Assembly (NCBI GenBank): GCA_945898015.1
Contig: CAMDGM010000018.1
Location: forward strand, 4,522 to 68,521
Origin: PVC group bacterium
GTDB lineage: Bacteria; Verrucomicrobiota; Kiritimatiellia; CAIKKV01
Length of the DNA: 64,000 bases
Direction of reading: 5' to 3'
The position numbers and the translations under genes were made by a program. Under the pieces are notes generated by a model that did not search any database, was not told where the DNA came from, and saw only the letters and a list, made by a program, of their open reading frames with translations. Below, piece after piece: positions 38,012 through 47,098 of the stretch (position 1 is the stretch's first letter; every line of letters starts with the position of its first letter).

Positions 38012-38901
38012 AGCCATGTCCGGTTTGTGGCGGCGAAAAATTCGCGTTTCAATTTTCAAGTGGCAATCGACATGGCCGGCATGTGCAAAAGCCCGAGGCT
38101 ACGTTTTCGGTTGTGGCCTGTGAAGCCTGCGGGTTAATGGGACTGGCGGATGTGGTGGCGGATGAGTCCTATTATCAAGCCTTCTACCCGCAGGGATACC
38201 ACGAAGACCCATCGGATCATGGCTTTCTGGCTCGATTGTGGAGCGTGGTTGCGCGCTTCTGGTTAAAGCGAAAAATACAGGCAATCTGCCGTTTCGCCAA
38301 GCCGAAGGCTGAGCGCATCACGTTGCTGGACGTCGGGTGTGGGCCGGGGCATTTCCTGTCCCAGCTTGACCGGGCCAGATTTGATCCGCACGGGCTTGAG
38401 CCGGTGGGGGAAGCGGTCGAAGCGGCTCGCAAGAGAGGGCTGGATGTTTTCCAGGGTAATGTTCTGGTTACGCCGCTTGCCGATTCCACCTATGATGTCG
38501 TCACGCTGTGGCATGTGCTGGAGCATATTGATCGGCCCCATGTGGCGCTGGCTCGCATTCATGCGGCGTTGACTTCCGACGGGCTTATTGTGATAACAAC
38601 GCCCAACACCCATTCTCGGGCTTGCCGGATAGGGAAGGCGGATTGGTTTCATCTCGATTCGCCGCGTCATCTGTCGCTTTTCAATGAGCGCAATCTGGTC
38701 CAGCTTCTTGCGAAAAGCGGATTTGAACCGGTGCTTCGGTCCTGGTTGCCGTTCGATTTTCCACTCGATCTTTACTGGAGCTTGCGGCGCCAGAGGTGGT
38801 TCCGACTGTTGCTTTTCCCCTTTTACCCGCTTTTGAAGTGTTTTGATCACGAGAATCTTCTGGTGATCGCCCGGAAACAATCAGCAACGAGGAGTGTTTG
38901 A
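38008..38901 (+). CDS. Class I SAM-dependent methyltransferase with N-terminal Cys-pair
   Basis: CPVCGG...ACEACG zinc-ribbon-like N-terminus. SAM motif I is LLDVGCGPGHF. DVVTLWHVLEHI is also present. The start overlaps the GT4 stop as ATGA. Confidence 0.75.
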   Translation: MKPCPVCGGEKFAFQFSSGNRHGRHVQKPEATFSVVACEACGLMGLADVVADESYYQAFYPQGYHEDPSDHGFLARLWSVVARFWLKRKIQAICRFAKPKAERITLLDVGCGPGHFLSQLDRARFDPHGLEPVGEAVEAARKRGLDVFQGNVLVTPLADSTYDVVTLWHVLEHIDRPHVALARIHAALTSDGLIVITTPNTHSRACRIGKADWFHLDSPRHLSLFNERNLVQLLAKSGFEPVLRSWLPFDFPLDLYWSLRRQRWFRLLLFPFYPLLKCFDHENLLVIARKQSATRSV

Positions 38902-40406
38902 TGAAAGACGTCTTGCTGATCTCGCCCGCCACCCGGGCTTTCAACCATTATCGGCCACCGCTGGCGCTGATGTACCTTTCCGGTTATTTGAAGCGGCATG
39001 GTGTTGGCGCCAAGATCATTGACGTGATTCAGACCCACCAGATCCGTGACAAGCATTTTGGCGAGAACATGGCACGGTATCACCAGGAAGTGGAGGCCGA
39101 GACCCTTTCAAGGATCAGTCAGGCAAATGCGGATATTGTGGGCATTACCTGTTACACGCCGGAGCTTGATGAGGTAGAGAAGTTTGCCGCCCGGATCAAG
39201 GTGATCAAGCCCGGGATGACGATCATAGTGGGCGGGGTTCATCCAACATTGTATCCGGAGCATTTCGTCTATCCCTCGTCACCCTTTGATTTTGCCGTGA
39301 TCGGGGAGGGAGAGGTAACGCTTCTCGACTTGGTCCAGAACATCCGGGCCGGGGTCACGGATTTTTCAACCATTCAGGGGATTGCGTTCCTGGACACAGG
39401 CACGGGGCGCATGGTGGTGAATACGCGCCGTCCACTGGCCGAGAATCTGGACGAAATCGCCTTCCCCGATTTTGCCGATCTGGATATGGATTATTATACC
39501 TCGGCGTCGCCGTATGCGATTCGGGGTGTGTTTACGCGGTCCTTTTACGTGTCTTCGTCAAGGGGGTGCCCGTCGTCCTGCACGTTCTGTGTGTCGAAAA
39601 AACTTCGTGATTATCATGGCATCCGGCATTATGCCCGGTTGCGATCGCCGGATTCGTTGATTCGCGAGATTGGTGAGCTCCGGCAGCGATATGGTATCGA
39701 TTCGTTTTATTTCATTGACGACCTGTTTACGATGAGGAAGGAGAACGTTCGGCAATTTTGCGAACGGTTGAAGTCGGTCTCGCTTGGCCTGGTTTGGGGG
39801 TGTTCCTCGAAAGTCAACACGGTTGACTACGAGACGTTGCGGCTCATGCGGGAGGCGGGTTGCTTGCAGATCGATTTTGGTGTTGAGAAGGGGTCGGATG
39901 AGGCTCTGGCGAAGATCAAGAAAGGCATCTCCGTTGCACAGATCAAGCAGACGTTCCAGTGGTGCCGGGAGCTTGGAATTAGAACCTTTGCCAATATGTT
40001 GGTGAATACGCCAGGAGAGCAGGCCGGCGATCTGGATGACATTGTAAGATTGCTAAATGAGATAAAGCCGACGGTCGTCTCCGCCAACATATTCACGCCG
40101 TATCCGGGGTGTCAGATTTTTGATGAACGCGGAGCGTTGATTTCCCGTGCGGATTATCCGCTGCTCATGAAGGATTCGGCCGAGTTGATGCGCACCTTGC
40201 CGGCAAAGTTCAAGTTTTGCGATCACGCCGTTGATCTGCGTGGCTGGGTGAACGGGGTTATGCGCAATTTTAATCGCGTGGGCCCTAATTTACGGACTTT
40301 TTTCGACCGTCAGTATGTGGGAAGCATCTTGAGGTCTAAGCGGAAATCGAATTATATCAAACAGCTTTGGTTGTTGATTAGGGAATTTATCAACCAAAAA
40401 GCGTAG
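38901..40406 (+). CDS. B12-binding domain-containing radical SAM protein (class-B-like)
   Basis: The N-terminal Rossmann-like B12 domain is DVLLISPA...ADIVGITCYT...IIVGGVHPT. The radical SAM cluster motif is SRGCPSSCTFC (CxxxCxxC). ATG at 38901 overlaps the upstream stop as TGATG, with GAGGAG upstream. Confidence 0.85.
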   Translation: MKDVLLISPATRAFNHYRPPLALMYLSGYLKRHGVGAKIIDVIQTHQIRDKHFGENMARYHQEVEAETLSRISQANADIVGITCYTPELDEVEKFAARIKVIKPGMTIIVGGVHPTLYPEHFVYPSSPFDFAVIGEGEVTLLDLVQNIRAGVTDFSTIQGIAFLDTGTGRMVVNTRRPLAENLDEIAFPDFADLDMDYYTSASPYAIRGVFTRSFYVSSSRGCPSSCTFCVSKKLRDYHGIRHYARLRSPDSLIREIGELRQRYGIDSFYFIDDLFTMRKENVRQFCERLKSVSLGLVWGCSSKVNTVDYETLRLMREAGCLQIDFGVEKGSDEALAKIKKGISVAQIKQTFQWCRELGIRTFANMLVNTPGEQAGDLDDIVRLLNEIKPTVVSANIFTPYPGCQIFDERGALISRADYPLLMKDSAELMRTLPAKFKFCDHAVDLRGWVNGVMRNFNRVGPNLRTFFDRQYVGSILRSKRKSNYIKQLWLLIREFINQKA

Positions 40407-40435
40407 GGTGGAATGACTCGAAGTCATAGGACTAT

Positions 40436-41824
40436 GTGGCGATGGCAGTTATGAAAGTCATGGCGCGGATTAAAGCGCGACTAGGTGATTTGTGGTGGTA
40501 TACCCTTGTCATGGTCTGCGCGCAACGCTTTGGCGACGTCGTCAATATGTTCACTGGGCTCTGGCTGGTTCCACGGTATGTGCCACAGGCTGAGTTGGGT
40601 GCTGTGTTGCCCTTGCTTCAGGTGGGTAATGTGCTGGGTTTGCCCTTGATGATTGTCATGGGCCCGTTTGTGAAGTATCTCAATACGTATGCCACGCATG
40701 GGGAGTACGGCAAGGTCAAGTCCTTGTTGCGGGATGGGTGTGTGCTCGTGTTTTTGATGTTCCTGGGCGCCATGCTGTATGCCAGGGTGGTTTTGCCGCC
40801 GGTGTTCGAACGGATGCGAGTGGCGGAGGGTTCGCTGGGCCTGTTGATTGTGCTCTCTGGCGTCGTGGCGGCGTCGGCGCCGATAGCCACAACGGCGTTG
40901 CAGGGATTGAAAAAGTTCAGGATGATCACGTATGTTAATCTCGTCGGGGCGCCGCTTCGCCTGGCGGCGATGCTGGTATTCCTGCCGATTCGAGGGCTTT
41001 CGGGGTATTTTGTCGGGCAGACCCTGCCGACTCTCTTGGCCTTGGGCATGTCATTCTTTGGTTTGCGTCACGTTTTCAGCCGGAGTGTCAGGGCGGAGTC
41101 GTATTGGCGGACCGACGGAAAGCGAATGTTGGCTTACCTCGTGCCGTTTGGTGTTTTCGTGGTGTTGGGGGTCATGCAGGGCGCGGTTGAGACGTTCGTC
41201 ATCCGCCATCGGTTGTCCGATCTGGAATCGGCGGCCTATTATATGATCTCGCGATTTGCCGAGGCGGGGGCCTACATGGGCTCGACCCTGATTTTTGTTT
41301 CCTTTCCGCTGATTGCCGAGCGGCATGAGAAAGGGCAGTCATCGGAGCATTTGCTGTGGCAGTCGATGGGCGGGACGTTGATCGTGGGGCTATTGCTGGC
41401 GCTGGTGTTCTATTATGTTGGGGCCTGGATTCTGGGCTGGAGTGAATTTTGGAGGCCTTACGCCGCGTATTCACCGACGATGGCCGTCTTGACGGTGGTC
41501 TTCGCTTTGCGACTGGCCACGGCCTGCTTCTTCAATCATGAGATGGCGTGTCATCGGTTTTCGTTCTTGCGTTATTATAGCGTGGTGCTTGTTGTGGAAC
41601 TGGTGGTCCTTTACGGGTTGACAGGCTATCGGTTCTTTTCTCCATTAATCCCGCCAGCGTGGATGACGCTGGTGGAAGCCTTTAATCCCTGTCGGTTGCC
41701 TGTTGTTTTGGGTGTCATGCTGGTATTCACCCTGTTGCCCTTTGGCGCGGTTCTGGTTCACGCGTTGAGGCGCCCGGGCCAAGCTGGAGCAGGTGTTTCA
41801 AAACACGAGGATCCGAATGAATGA
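40436..41824 (+). CDS. Polysaccharide/oligosaccharide flippase-like polytopic membrane protein (MOP/Wzx-type)
   Basis: About 460 aa with 12 or more hydrophobic helices. Position in the glycan locus supports the call. The start is uncertain: GTG at 40436, or ATGs at 40442, 40451 or 40460. Confidence 0.6.
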   Translation: MAMAVMKVMARIKARLGDLWWYTLVMVCAQRFGDVVNMFTGLWLVPRYVPQAELGAVLPLLQVGNVLGLPLMIVMGPFVKYLNTYATHGEYGKVKSLLRDGCVLVFLMFLGAMLYARVVLPPVFERMRVAEGSLGLLIVLSGVVAASAPIATTALQGLKKFRMITYVNLVGAPLRLAAMLVFLPIRGLSGYFVGQTLPTLLALGMSFFGLRHVFSRSVRAESYWRTDGKRMLAYLVPFGVFVVLGVMQGAVETFVIRHRLSDLESAAYYMISRFAEAGAYMGSTLIFVSFPLIAERHEKGQSSEHLLWQSMGGTLIVGLLLALVFYYVGAWILGWSEFWRPYAAYSPTMAVLTVVFALRLATACFFNHEMACHRFSFLRYYSVVLVVELVVLYGLTGYRFFSPLIPPAWMTLVEAFNPCRLPVVLGVMLVFTLLPFGAVLVHALRRPGQAGAGVSKHEDPNE

Positions 41825-42335
41825 GATAAGGCTAAATCTGGGGTGCGGCGACAAAAAGATGATCGGATATCTGAATGTGGACGTTTGTGGTGAGCCCGAT
41901 CTGCGGTGTGATCTTTCTCAATTCCCGTGGCCGTGGGCTGACAATTCTGTCGACGAGGTGTTTTCGTCGCACTTTCTGGAGCATGTGCAGGATTATGAAG
42001 GGACGATTCTGGAGATGCATCGCATCCTTAAACCAAACGGCGTTATCCATTTTCTTGTCCCGCATTTCCGGAATCCACTGGCGCAATGGAATTTGCACAA
42101 GTGGCAGTTCAGCATCTATACGCCAGACAGGCTTTGCCAGAAGCTGCCTTATCAATGGGGCGGGCGCCAGTTGTTTGAGAAAGAAAAATGTCGCATTAAT
42201 TTTTCCTCCATCAGGCGTTCTGTTGGGCAGCCGCTTGGTGTAATTGCCAATGTGTTTCCGCTCTTTTGGGACTGGGCTGGGCTGCCGATTGATGAAGTTG
42301 AGTTTGTCGGGCGAAAGGTAAGTGTTTTGTCTTAA
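41817..42335 (+). CDS. Class I SAM-dependent methyltransferase (Methyltransf_11-like)
   Basis: MNEIRLNLGCGDKKMIGYLNVD, VFSSHFLEHV and ILKPNGVIHFLVP. The start overlaps the end of the flippase gene. Confidence 0.65.
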   Translation: MNEIRLNLGCGDKKMIGYLNVDVCGEPDLRCDLSQFPWPWADNSVDEVFSSHFLEHVQDYEGTILEMHRILKPNGVIHFLVPHFRNPLAQWNLHKWQFSIYTPDRLCQKLPYQWGGRQLFEKEKCRINFSSIRRSVGQPLGVIANVFPLFWDWAGLPIDEVEFVGRKVSVLS

Positions 42336-43117
42336 GAACTCTTGGCGCATGAGCGTGTCAGTGCCAGGAGTTTTTTTATGCCTCGTTTAACGACGGCGTT
42401 GCAGCGTCGCAGCTTGTTCGGGGTTCCAATATCATAAGAGCTCGTCCCCGTATAACAGCAGTTCGGGTATTTGTCTTTTAGATATTGCTCCTGGGGGTAA
42501 TAACGCTCCGCGGCAACACTGCTGGACCAATGTTTGCAGGAAAACGGCATAATACGCGAAATGATTTTGTGGTTTTCGTTGGCTTGGATGCAGAAATCTT
42601 CAACGTATAGATCATAGGAGAGTTGCGGGTCGAAACGCAGTCCGGTACGTGAAATCAAGTCGGAGTGAACGATCAGGCATTGACAATCGAAGGTTTCGAC
42701 CGGCGTTCCCATTTTCACGAAGGTTCCAAAACGTTGGGGCGCTGTGCCATCGCGCCTCGATTCGTTTACGACGCCGGCCAGTTTCCAGAGATAAAAGCAG
42801 CCAAAATAGATTTTTGTCCAGGTGCCGATGGGGCCGTAAAGGCAGGATTGGTCGGCGATTTCAAAATAGGGGGACAAGTCTTCTTGAATTTCAAAGTCTT
42901 CGTGACAGAATATGAGCCAGGCGGGCTTGGCGAAGTCATAGGCGTCAAGAAAGCGATTGTATTGGATGGAAATATAGGTGTTGTCGGCTTGGTTGTCGAT
43001 AGCGTGGAGTCTATAGCCGTTGACATGGGGGTTGTTGGCTAGGCATCGGGTATACATGGAGGGATCACGGATTACCGAGATGCAAACAACTTCAGGTTTA
43101 GCGGCTTGGTGCAGCAT
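42332..43117 (-). CDS. Putative glycosyltransferase-like protein (uncharacterised GT-A-like family)
   Basis: ORF 42332..43687, trimmed to the internal ATG at 43117 (MLHQAAKPEVVCISVIRDPSMYTRCL...AWLIFCHEDFE) because the longer version overlaps the plus-strand gene starting at 43283. The pattern resembles small LPS-locus GT-like proteins. This is a weak call. Confidence 0.4.
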   Translation of the reverse strand: MLHQAAKPEVVCISVIRDPSMYTRCLANNPHVNGYRLHAIDNQADNTYISIQYNRFLDAYDFAKPAWLIFCHEDFEIQEDLSPYFEIADQSCLYGPIGTWTKIYFGCFYLWKLAGVVNESRRDGTAPQRFGTFVKMGTPVETFDCQCLIVHSDLISRTGLRFDPQLSYDLYVEDFCIQANENHKIISRIMPFSCKHWSSSVAAERYYPQEQYLKDKYPNCCYTGTSSYDIGTPNKLRRCNAVVKRGIKKLLALTRSCAKSS

Positions 43118-43194
43118 AGCTGAGAAGTCCTTGTTCCGCGCACAGCTCGTTTTGCAGTCGTTGGGTCCGGCCGAGGGTTGATCGTTGATGACCG

Positions 43195-43223
43195 TTGACA
43201 AGATTGCCCAGACAACACACAAT
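43195..43223 (+). promoter_or_regulatory. Sigma-70-type promoter candidate for the epimerase/C-methyltransferase operon
   Basis: Perfect TTGACA (43195-43200), a 17-nt spacer, then CACAAT (43218-43223). This is about 60 nt upstream of ATG 43283, in a divergent intergenic region. Confidence 0.4.
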
Positions 43224-43282
43224 AACAAGAAAATTGTGGGTTTCGAAAGACGTGCATTTGAGAAACAGGATAACTTGTTGCC

Positions 43283-45076
43283 ATGTGTAATTTTATCAAG
43301 ACGGAGCTTGATGGGGTTTTTGTTGTCGAACTTCTTCCGGTTTTCGATCCGCGAGGCGGGTTCGAGCGTGTTTATTGCAAAAAGGAGTTTTTGCATGCCG
43401 GACTGGATGCGGATTTTGTCCAAATCAATCATTCGTTTAATACAAGAGCGGGTACTTTTCGGGGTTTTCATTATCAAGTTCCACCGGCCTCGGAGTCTAA
43501 GCTGATCCGTTGTGTGGTTGGTAAAGCCTATGACGTTGTTGTCGATCTTCGCGCCGGATCTCCCACGTTTCTCAAGTGGATCGGGGTTGAACTTGATGAC
43601 CGGAAGGGTCGGATGATTTATATCCCCGAGGGGTGTGCGCACGGGTTTATAACATTGACCGATAACACCCAGTTGATCTACCATCATACCGGTTATTACA
43701 CGCCAGAGTGCGAGGCGGGGGTTTCATTCCTTGATCCAAGGATTGGGGTGCAGTTGCCACGGGAAATTGCGGTCATATCTGATAAGGACAGGGGTTTTCC
43801 GGCGTTGAGCAGTCACTTTGCCGGAATAGATACGGGGGGCACATCGAAGATGAAATGCCGGTTCTGTGCGAATGAGCTGAATTATGAATTTGTGGATCTC
43901 GTTAATGCGCCGCCTTCCAATTCCTTTTTGACCTCGGCGGAGTTGATGAGTCCCGAGGTTTTTTATCCGTTGAAGCTGTATTTTTGCGAGAAATGTTTTC
44001 TCGTGCAAATTGACGAACATAAAAAAAGTAATGAAATATTTTCGAGTGATTATTTGTATTTTTCCTCTTACTCCACGAGTTGGCTTGCTCATGCAAAGAA
44101 ATATGTCGAGAGAATGATTGAGCGATTTGGGTTCGATCGCACTTCACTTGTGGTCGAAATCGCCTCGAATGACGGCTATCTGCTTCAATATTTCAAGGAA
44201 CGAGCCATTCCCTGTGTGGGGATCGAACCGTCTGCGGGAACGGCCAAAGTTGCCCGGGAAAAAGGCATTGAAACCGTCGAGGTCTTTTTCGGGAAATCGA
44301 CTGCGGTGGACTTCGCGAAAGCCCGGCGAAAGGCCGATTTGATTATCGGCAACAATGTGCTGGCGCATGTGCCCGACATTAACGACTTTGTCGGTGGCAT
44401 TCCGCTACTCCTTGCTGACCGCGGGATTGTCACAATGGAATTTCCTCACCTGATGCAGATGGTGGAGCAGACGCAATTTGATACGATTTACCATGAGCAT
44501 TTTTCGTATCTTTCTTTTCTGACGGTTTCCGCGATATTCGCGCGCCATGGGCTCGCCATATTCGATGTGGAAGAACTCCCGACGCACGGCGGTTCGCTCA
44601 GGGTTTTCGCCCGTCATGCGAAGGACGAGTCGAAGCCGGTATCCGCCGCCGTTGAACGGCTTTTGTCCCGGGAACGTTCTTTCGGGATGAATAAAATCAC
44701 TTACTACGAGGGGTTTCAGGAGAAAGTCGTCAAGATCAAGCTTGATCTCCTGCGGGCCCTTATCGATGCGCGTTCGGCGGGCAAGACCACGGTGGGTTAC
44801 GGTGCTGCCGCAAAGGGGAACACGCTTATTAATTATTGCGGCATTAAGAAAGATCTCCTGCGATATGTTGTGGATGCTTCTCCGCATAAACAAGGCCGGT
44901 TCCTTCCTGGCAGTCATATTCCCGTTGTTCACGAAGATAACATCAGGCGAACAAAGCCGGATTATGTCCTGATCCTTCCGTGGAATATCCGCCATGAAAT
45001 TGTTGAACAGCTCGGGTATATCCGGGAATGGGGCGGAAAATTTGTTGTCGCGATTCCCCAACTCACCCTGATATGA
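43283..45076 (+). CDS. Fusion protein: RmlC-like NDP-4-keto-6-deoxyhexose 3,5-epimerase (cupin) + NDP-hexose C-methyltransferase (TylCIII-like)
   Basis: Residues 1 to about 185: FDPRGGFERVY...GTFRGFHYQ...KLIRCVVGKAYDVVVDLR...IPEGCAHGF (RmlC family). Residues from about 190 to 597: MKCRFCANELNYEFVDLVNAPPSNSFL...FCEKCFLVQ (zinc domain), VVEIASNDGYLL (SAM motif), HEHFSYLS and GYGAAAKGNTLINY (C-terminal C-methyltransferase domain). There is no stop between the two halves. Confidence 0.8.
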   Translation: MCNFIKTELDGVFVVELLPVFDPRGGFERVYCKKEFLHAGLDADFVQINHSFNTRAGTFRGFHYQVPPASESKLIRCVVGKAYDVVVDLRAGSPTFLKWIGVELDDRKGRMIYIPEGCAHGFITLTDNTQLIYHHTGYYTPECEAGVSFLDPRIGVQLPREIAVISDKDRGFPALSSHFAGIDTGGTSKMKCRFCANELNYEFVDLVNAPPSNSFLTSAELMSPEVFYPLKLYFCEKCFLVQIDEHKKSNEIFSSDYLYFSSYSTSWLAHAKKYVERMIERFGFDRTSLVVEIASNDGYLLQYFKERAIPCVGIEPSAGTAKVAREKGIETVEVFFGKSTAVDFAKARRKADLIIGNNVLAHVPDINDFVGGIPLLLADRGIVTMEFPHLMQMVEQTQFDTIYHEHFSYLSFLTVSAIFARHGLAIFDVEELPTHGGSLRVFARHAKDESKPVSAAVERLLSRERSFGMNKITYYEGFQEKVVKIKLDLLRALIDARSAGKTTVGYGAAAKGNTLINYCGIKKDLLRYVVDASPHKQGRFLPGSHIPVVHEDNIRRTKPDYVLILPWNIRHEIVEQLGYIREWGGKFVVAIPQLTLI

Positions 45077-45993
45077 AGAATGTGCTTGTTACTGGTGCTG
45101 GCGGTTTCGTTGGGACTCATGTTGTTTCGGCTCTTTTGCGATCCGGGTATGAAGTCCATGCGGTGGATATTCTTGAGCCGTCTCGCCGGGAAATTGGTGT
45201 GTCGTATCATCAGGTCGATCTTTTTGATCATGCCGCCGTTAGGGGGTTGCTTTCCCGGCTTAAGCCGAACCATTTGGTCAGCTTGGCGTGGACGACAACC
45301 CATGGCACGTATTGGACGAGTCCTTCCAATCTCGATTGGACTGGTGCCACGCTACAGCTTGCCAGAGTTTTTCGGGAACTGGGCGGGGTTCGTTTCGTCG
45401 GGGCCGGAACATGCGCTGAATATGATTGGGAGGGCGCATCGCCGTATTCAGATCATAATTCTCCATGTAAACCGAAAACGCTGTATGGCGTATCTAAACT
45501 GGCAACATTTCGAATCCTTGAGTCGTTTGCGAAGACCACCGGGCTGTCTTTTGCCTGGGGGCGGGTTTTCTTTCTTTTTGGGGCTGGCGAAGGGCCGAAA
45601 CGTTTAGTCCCTTTCGTTCTCTCTAATCTCTTAGCCGGTTCCCCGGCGGGTTGTAATAACCCCGATTTGGCAAGGGATTTCCTGCATGTTTCGGATGTGG
45701 CACGGGCCTTTGTCGCGTTGCTCGATTCTAAAGCGGAAGGCGCGGTTAATATTGCATCGGGTAAGGCGACGACTCTCGGGGATCTTGTCGTGATGCTCGG
45801 CGAAGCGGCCGGCAGGCCTGATCTCGTTCAGTTTACGTCGTCGGGGCAGGGGAATGAACCGGCCGCAATTGTGGCTTCGGTGTCCCGACTCAGGAGTGAA
45901 ACATCGTTCCGCCCAGCGCTTACACTGGAGGATGCTGTTCGTCAGACGGTACAGGACTATCGGAATAAGCTGAAGGAGGTGTGCCCTTCATGA
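45073..45993 (+). CDS. NAD(P)-dependent extended SDR, probable NDP-4-ketohexose reductase
   Basis: MKNVLVTGAGGFVGTHV and YGVSK catalytic motif. The start overlaps the upstream stop as ATGA. Confidence 0.7.
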   Translation: MKNVLVTGAGGFVGTHVVSALLRSGYEVHAVDILEPSRREIGVSYHQVDLFDHAAVRGLLSRLKPNHLVSLAWTTTHGTYWTSPSNLDWTGATLQLARVFRELGGVRFVGAGTCAEYDWEGASPYSDHNSPCKPKTLYGVSKLATFRILESFAKTTGLSFAWGRVFFLFGAGEGPKRLVPFVLSNLLAGSPAGCNNPDLARDFLHVSDVARAFVALLDSKAEGAVNIASGKATTLGDLVVMLGEAAGRPDLVQFTSSGQGNEPAAIVASVSRLRSETSFRPALTLEDAVRQTVQDYRNKLKEVCPS

Positions 45994-47006
45994 AGATAAG
46001 CATCCTGATTCCGACCTACAATGGTGCAAAGACAATTGGCGAAACAATTCGAAGCATCCTGCCCCAGAGTCATTCTGATTTTGAGATTATCATAGAGGAC
46101 AATGCGTCAACTGATGGGACAGGGGCAGTCGTCGCCCGGGTTGCTGATCCGCGGATCAGGTATTTTTGCAATGCCACGAATCTGGGTGTGGCAAGAAACA
46201 TGATGGAAGGTGCCAAACGGTGTACGGGAGAAATCCTTTATCTTTTCGGGTCGGACGATATCCTGGGACGGGATGCCCTTAAACGGGTTGACGCGGGGTT
46301 TCGTGAGCATCCGGACGTTGGTGCCATGACCACGGCGCGCTATGGGTTCAAGGGCAAGATCGAACCTGCCAATGTCATGTATGATCCTCCGGATTTTGAT
46401 CATGACACACGGGTTACCATAGAGTCCGATCCGATGCTTATTGAAAGAATTCTAGGAAATGTCGGTCAGATATCGGGTATGGCATTTCGTCTTGATATGA
46501 TGAAAACCGGTTTTTTTTGCAATGAGTGGTCCGGTCATATCCATCCTTTCTTTGCGATTCTTCGTGAGCATCCGGTCCTTTTCTTGAAGGACTACAATGT
46601 AATCCTCCGCACGGAGTCGAGTTTTGCTCGAGATCGGCGGTCCCCCATCTACCGCCAATCCCCGACCCACGCCTGGATTGAGATGGTTGAGATGGTCCTC
46701 GCCGGGCCGCGTTATGACCGTGTTAGGGGGTCGCTCATCAACAAGCTTGCCTGTAAATATCAGGGGCTTGTCCAAATTGCGATTTTCGGGGACTTCCGGT
46801 TTCTGCTGCGCGAGTTATGGTTATTTGTCAAATATCGACCGTCAAACATGCTTTCTCCACGCTTCTGGTTTTATTCGCTGGTGACCATTATTTTGCCTCG
46901 TGGTGCACTCTACCGGATTGTTGAATGGTACAAAAATCAGATATCGATTCCGGCGCTGTTGAAAATTGATCGAAAAATCGAATATGATTTTGCGGAAGAT
47001 TACTAA
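45990..47006 (+). CDS. Glycosyltransferase family 2
   Basis: MKISILIPTYNGAKTIGETIRSILPQSHSDFEIIIEDNASTDGT and a DD motif (LFGSDDIL). ATG at 45990 overlaps the upstream stop as ATGA. Confidence 0.85.
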   Translation: MKISILIPTYNGAKTIGETIRSILPQSHSDFEIIIEDNASTDGTGAVVARVADPRIRYFCNATNLGVARNMMEGAKRCTGEILYLFGSDDILGRDALKRVDAGFREHPDVGAMTTARYGFKGKIEPANVMYDPPDFDHDTRVTIESDPMLIERILGNVGQISGMAFRLDMMKTGFFCNEWSGHIHPFFAILREHPVLFLKDYNVILRTESSFARDRRSPIYRQSPTHAWIEMVEMVLAGPRYDRVRGSLINKLACKYQGLVQIAIFGDFRFLLRELWLFVKYRPSNMLSPRFWFYSLVTIILPRGALYRIVEWYKNQISIPALLKIDRKIEYDFAEDY

Positions 47007-47098
47007 GCCGACTTGGCGTTTGGCGTTTTTCGGGTGTGCTAGGAGTTCGTTATCACGCCTTGCCAGATGAGGCGTGTTTTGATATTTTTATACTCATT

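Noticed and set aside
36752-38059. 435-aa ORF antisense to the GT4 glycosyltransferase.
   Set aside because: The plus-strand product has clear GT4 motifs. The antisense product is Arg/Pro/His-rich with no motifs.
43118-43687. N-terminal 190 residues of ORF 42332..43687 on the minus strand.
   Set aside because: This part overlaps the well-supported epimerase/C-methyltransferase gene on the plus strand and has no family resemblance. The ORF was trimmed to ATG 43117, which leaves a 165-nt divergent promoter region.
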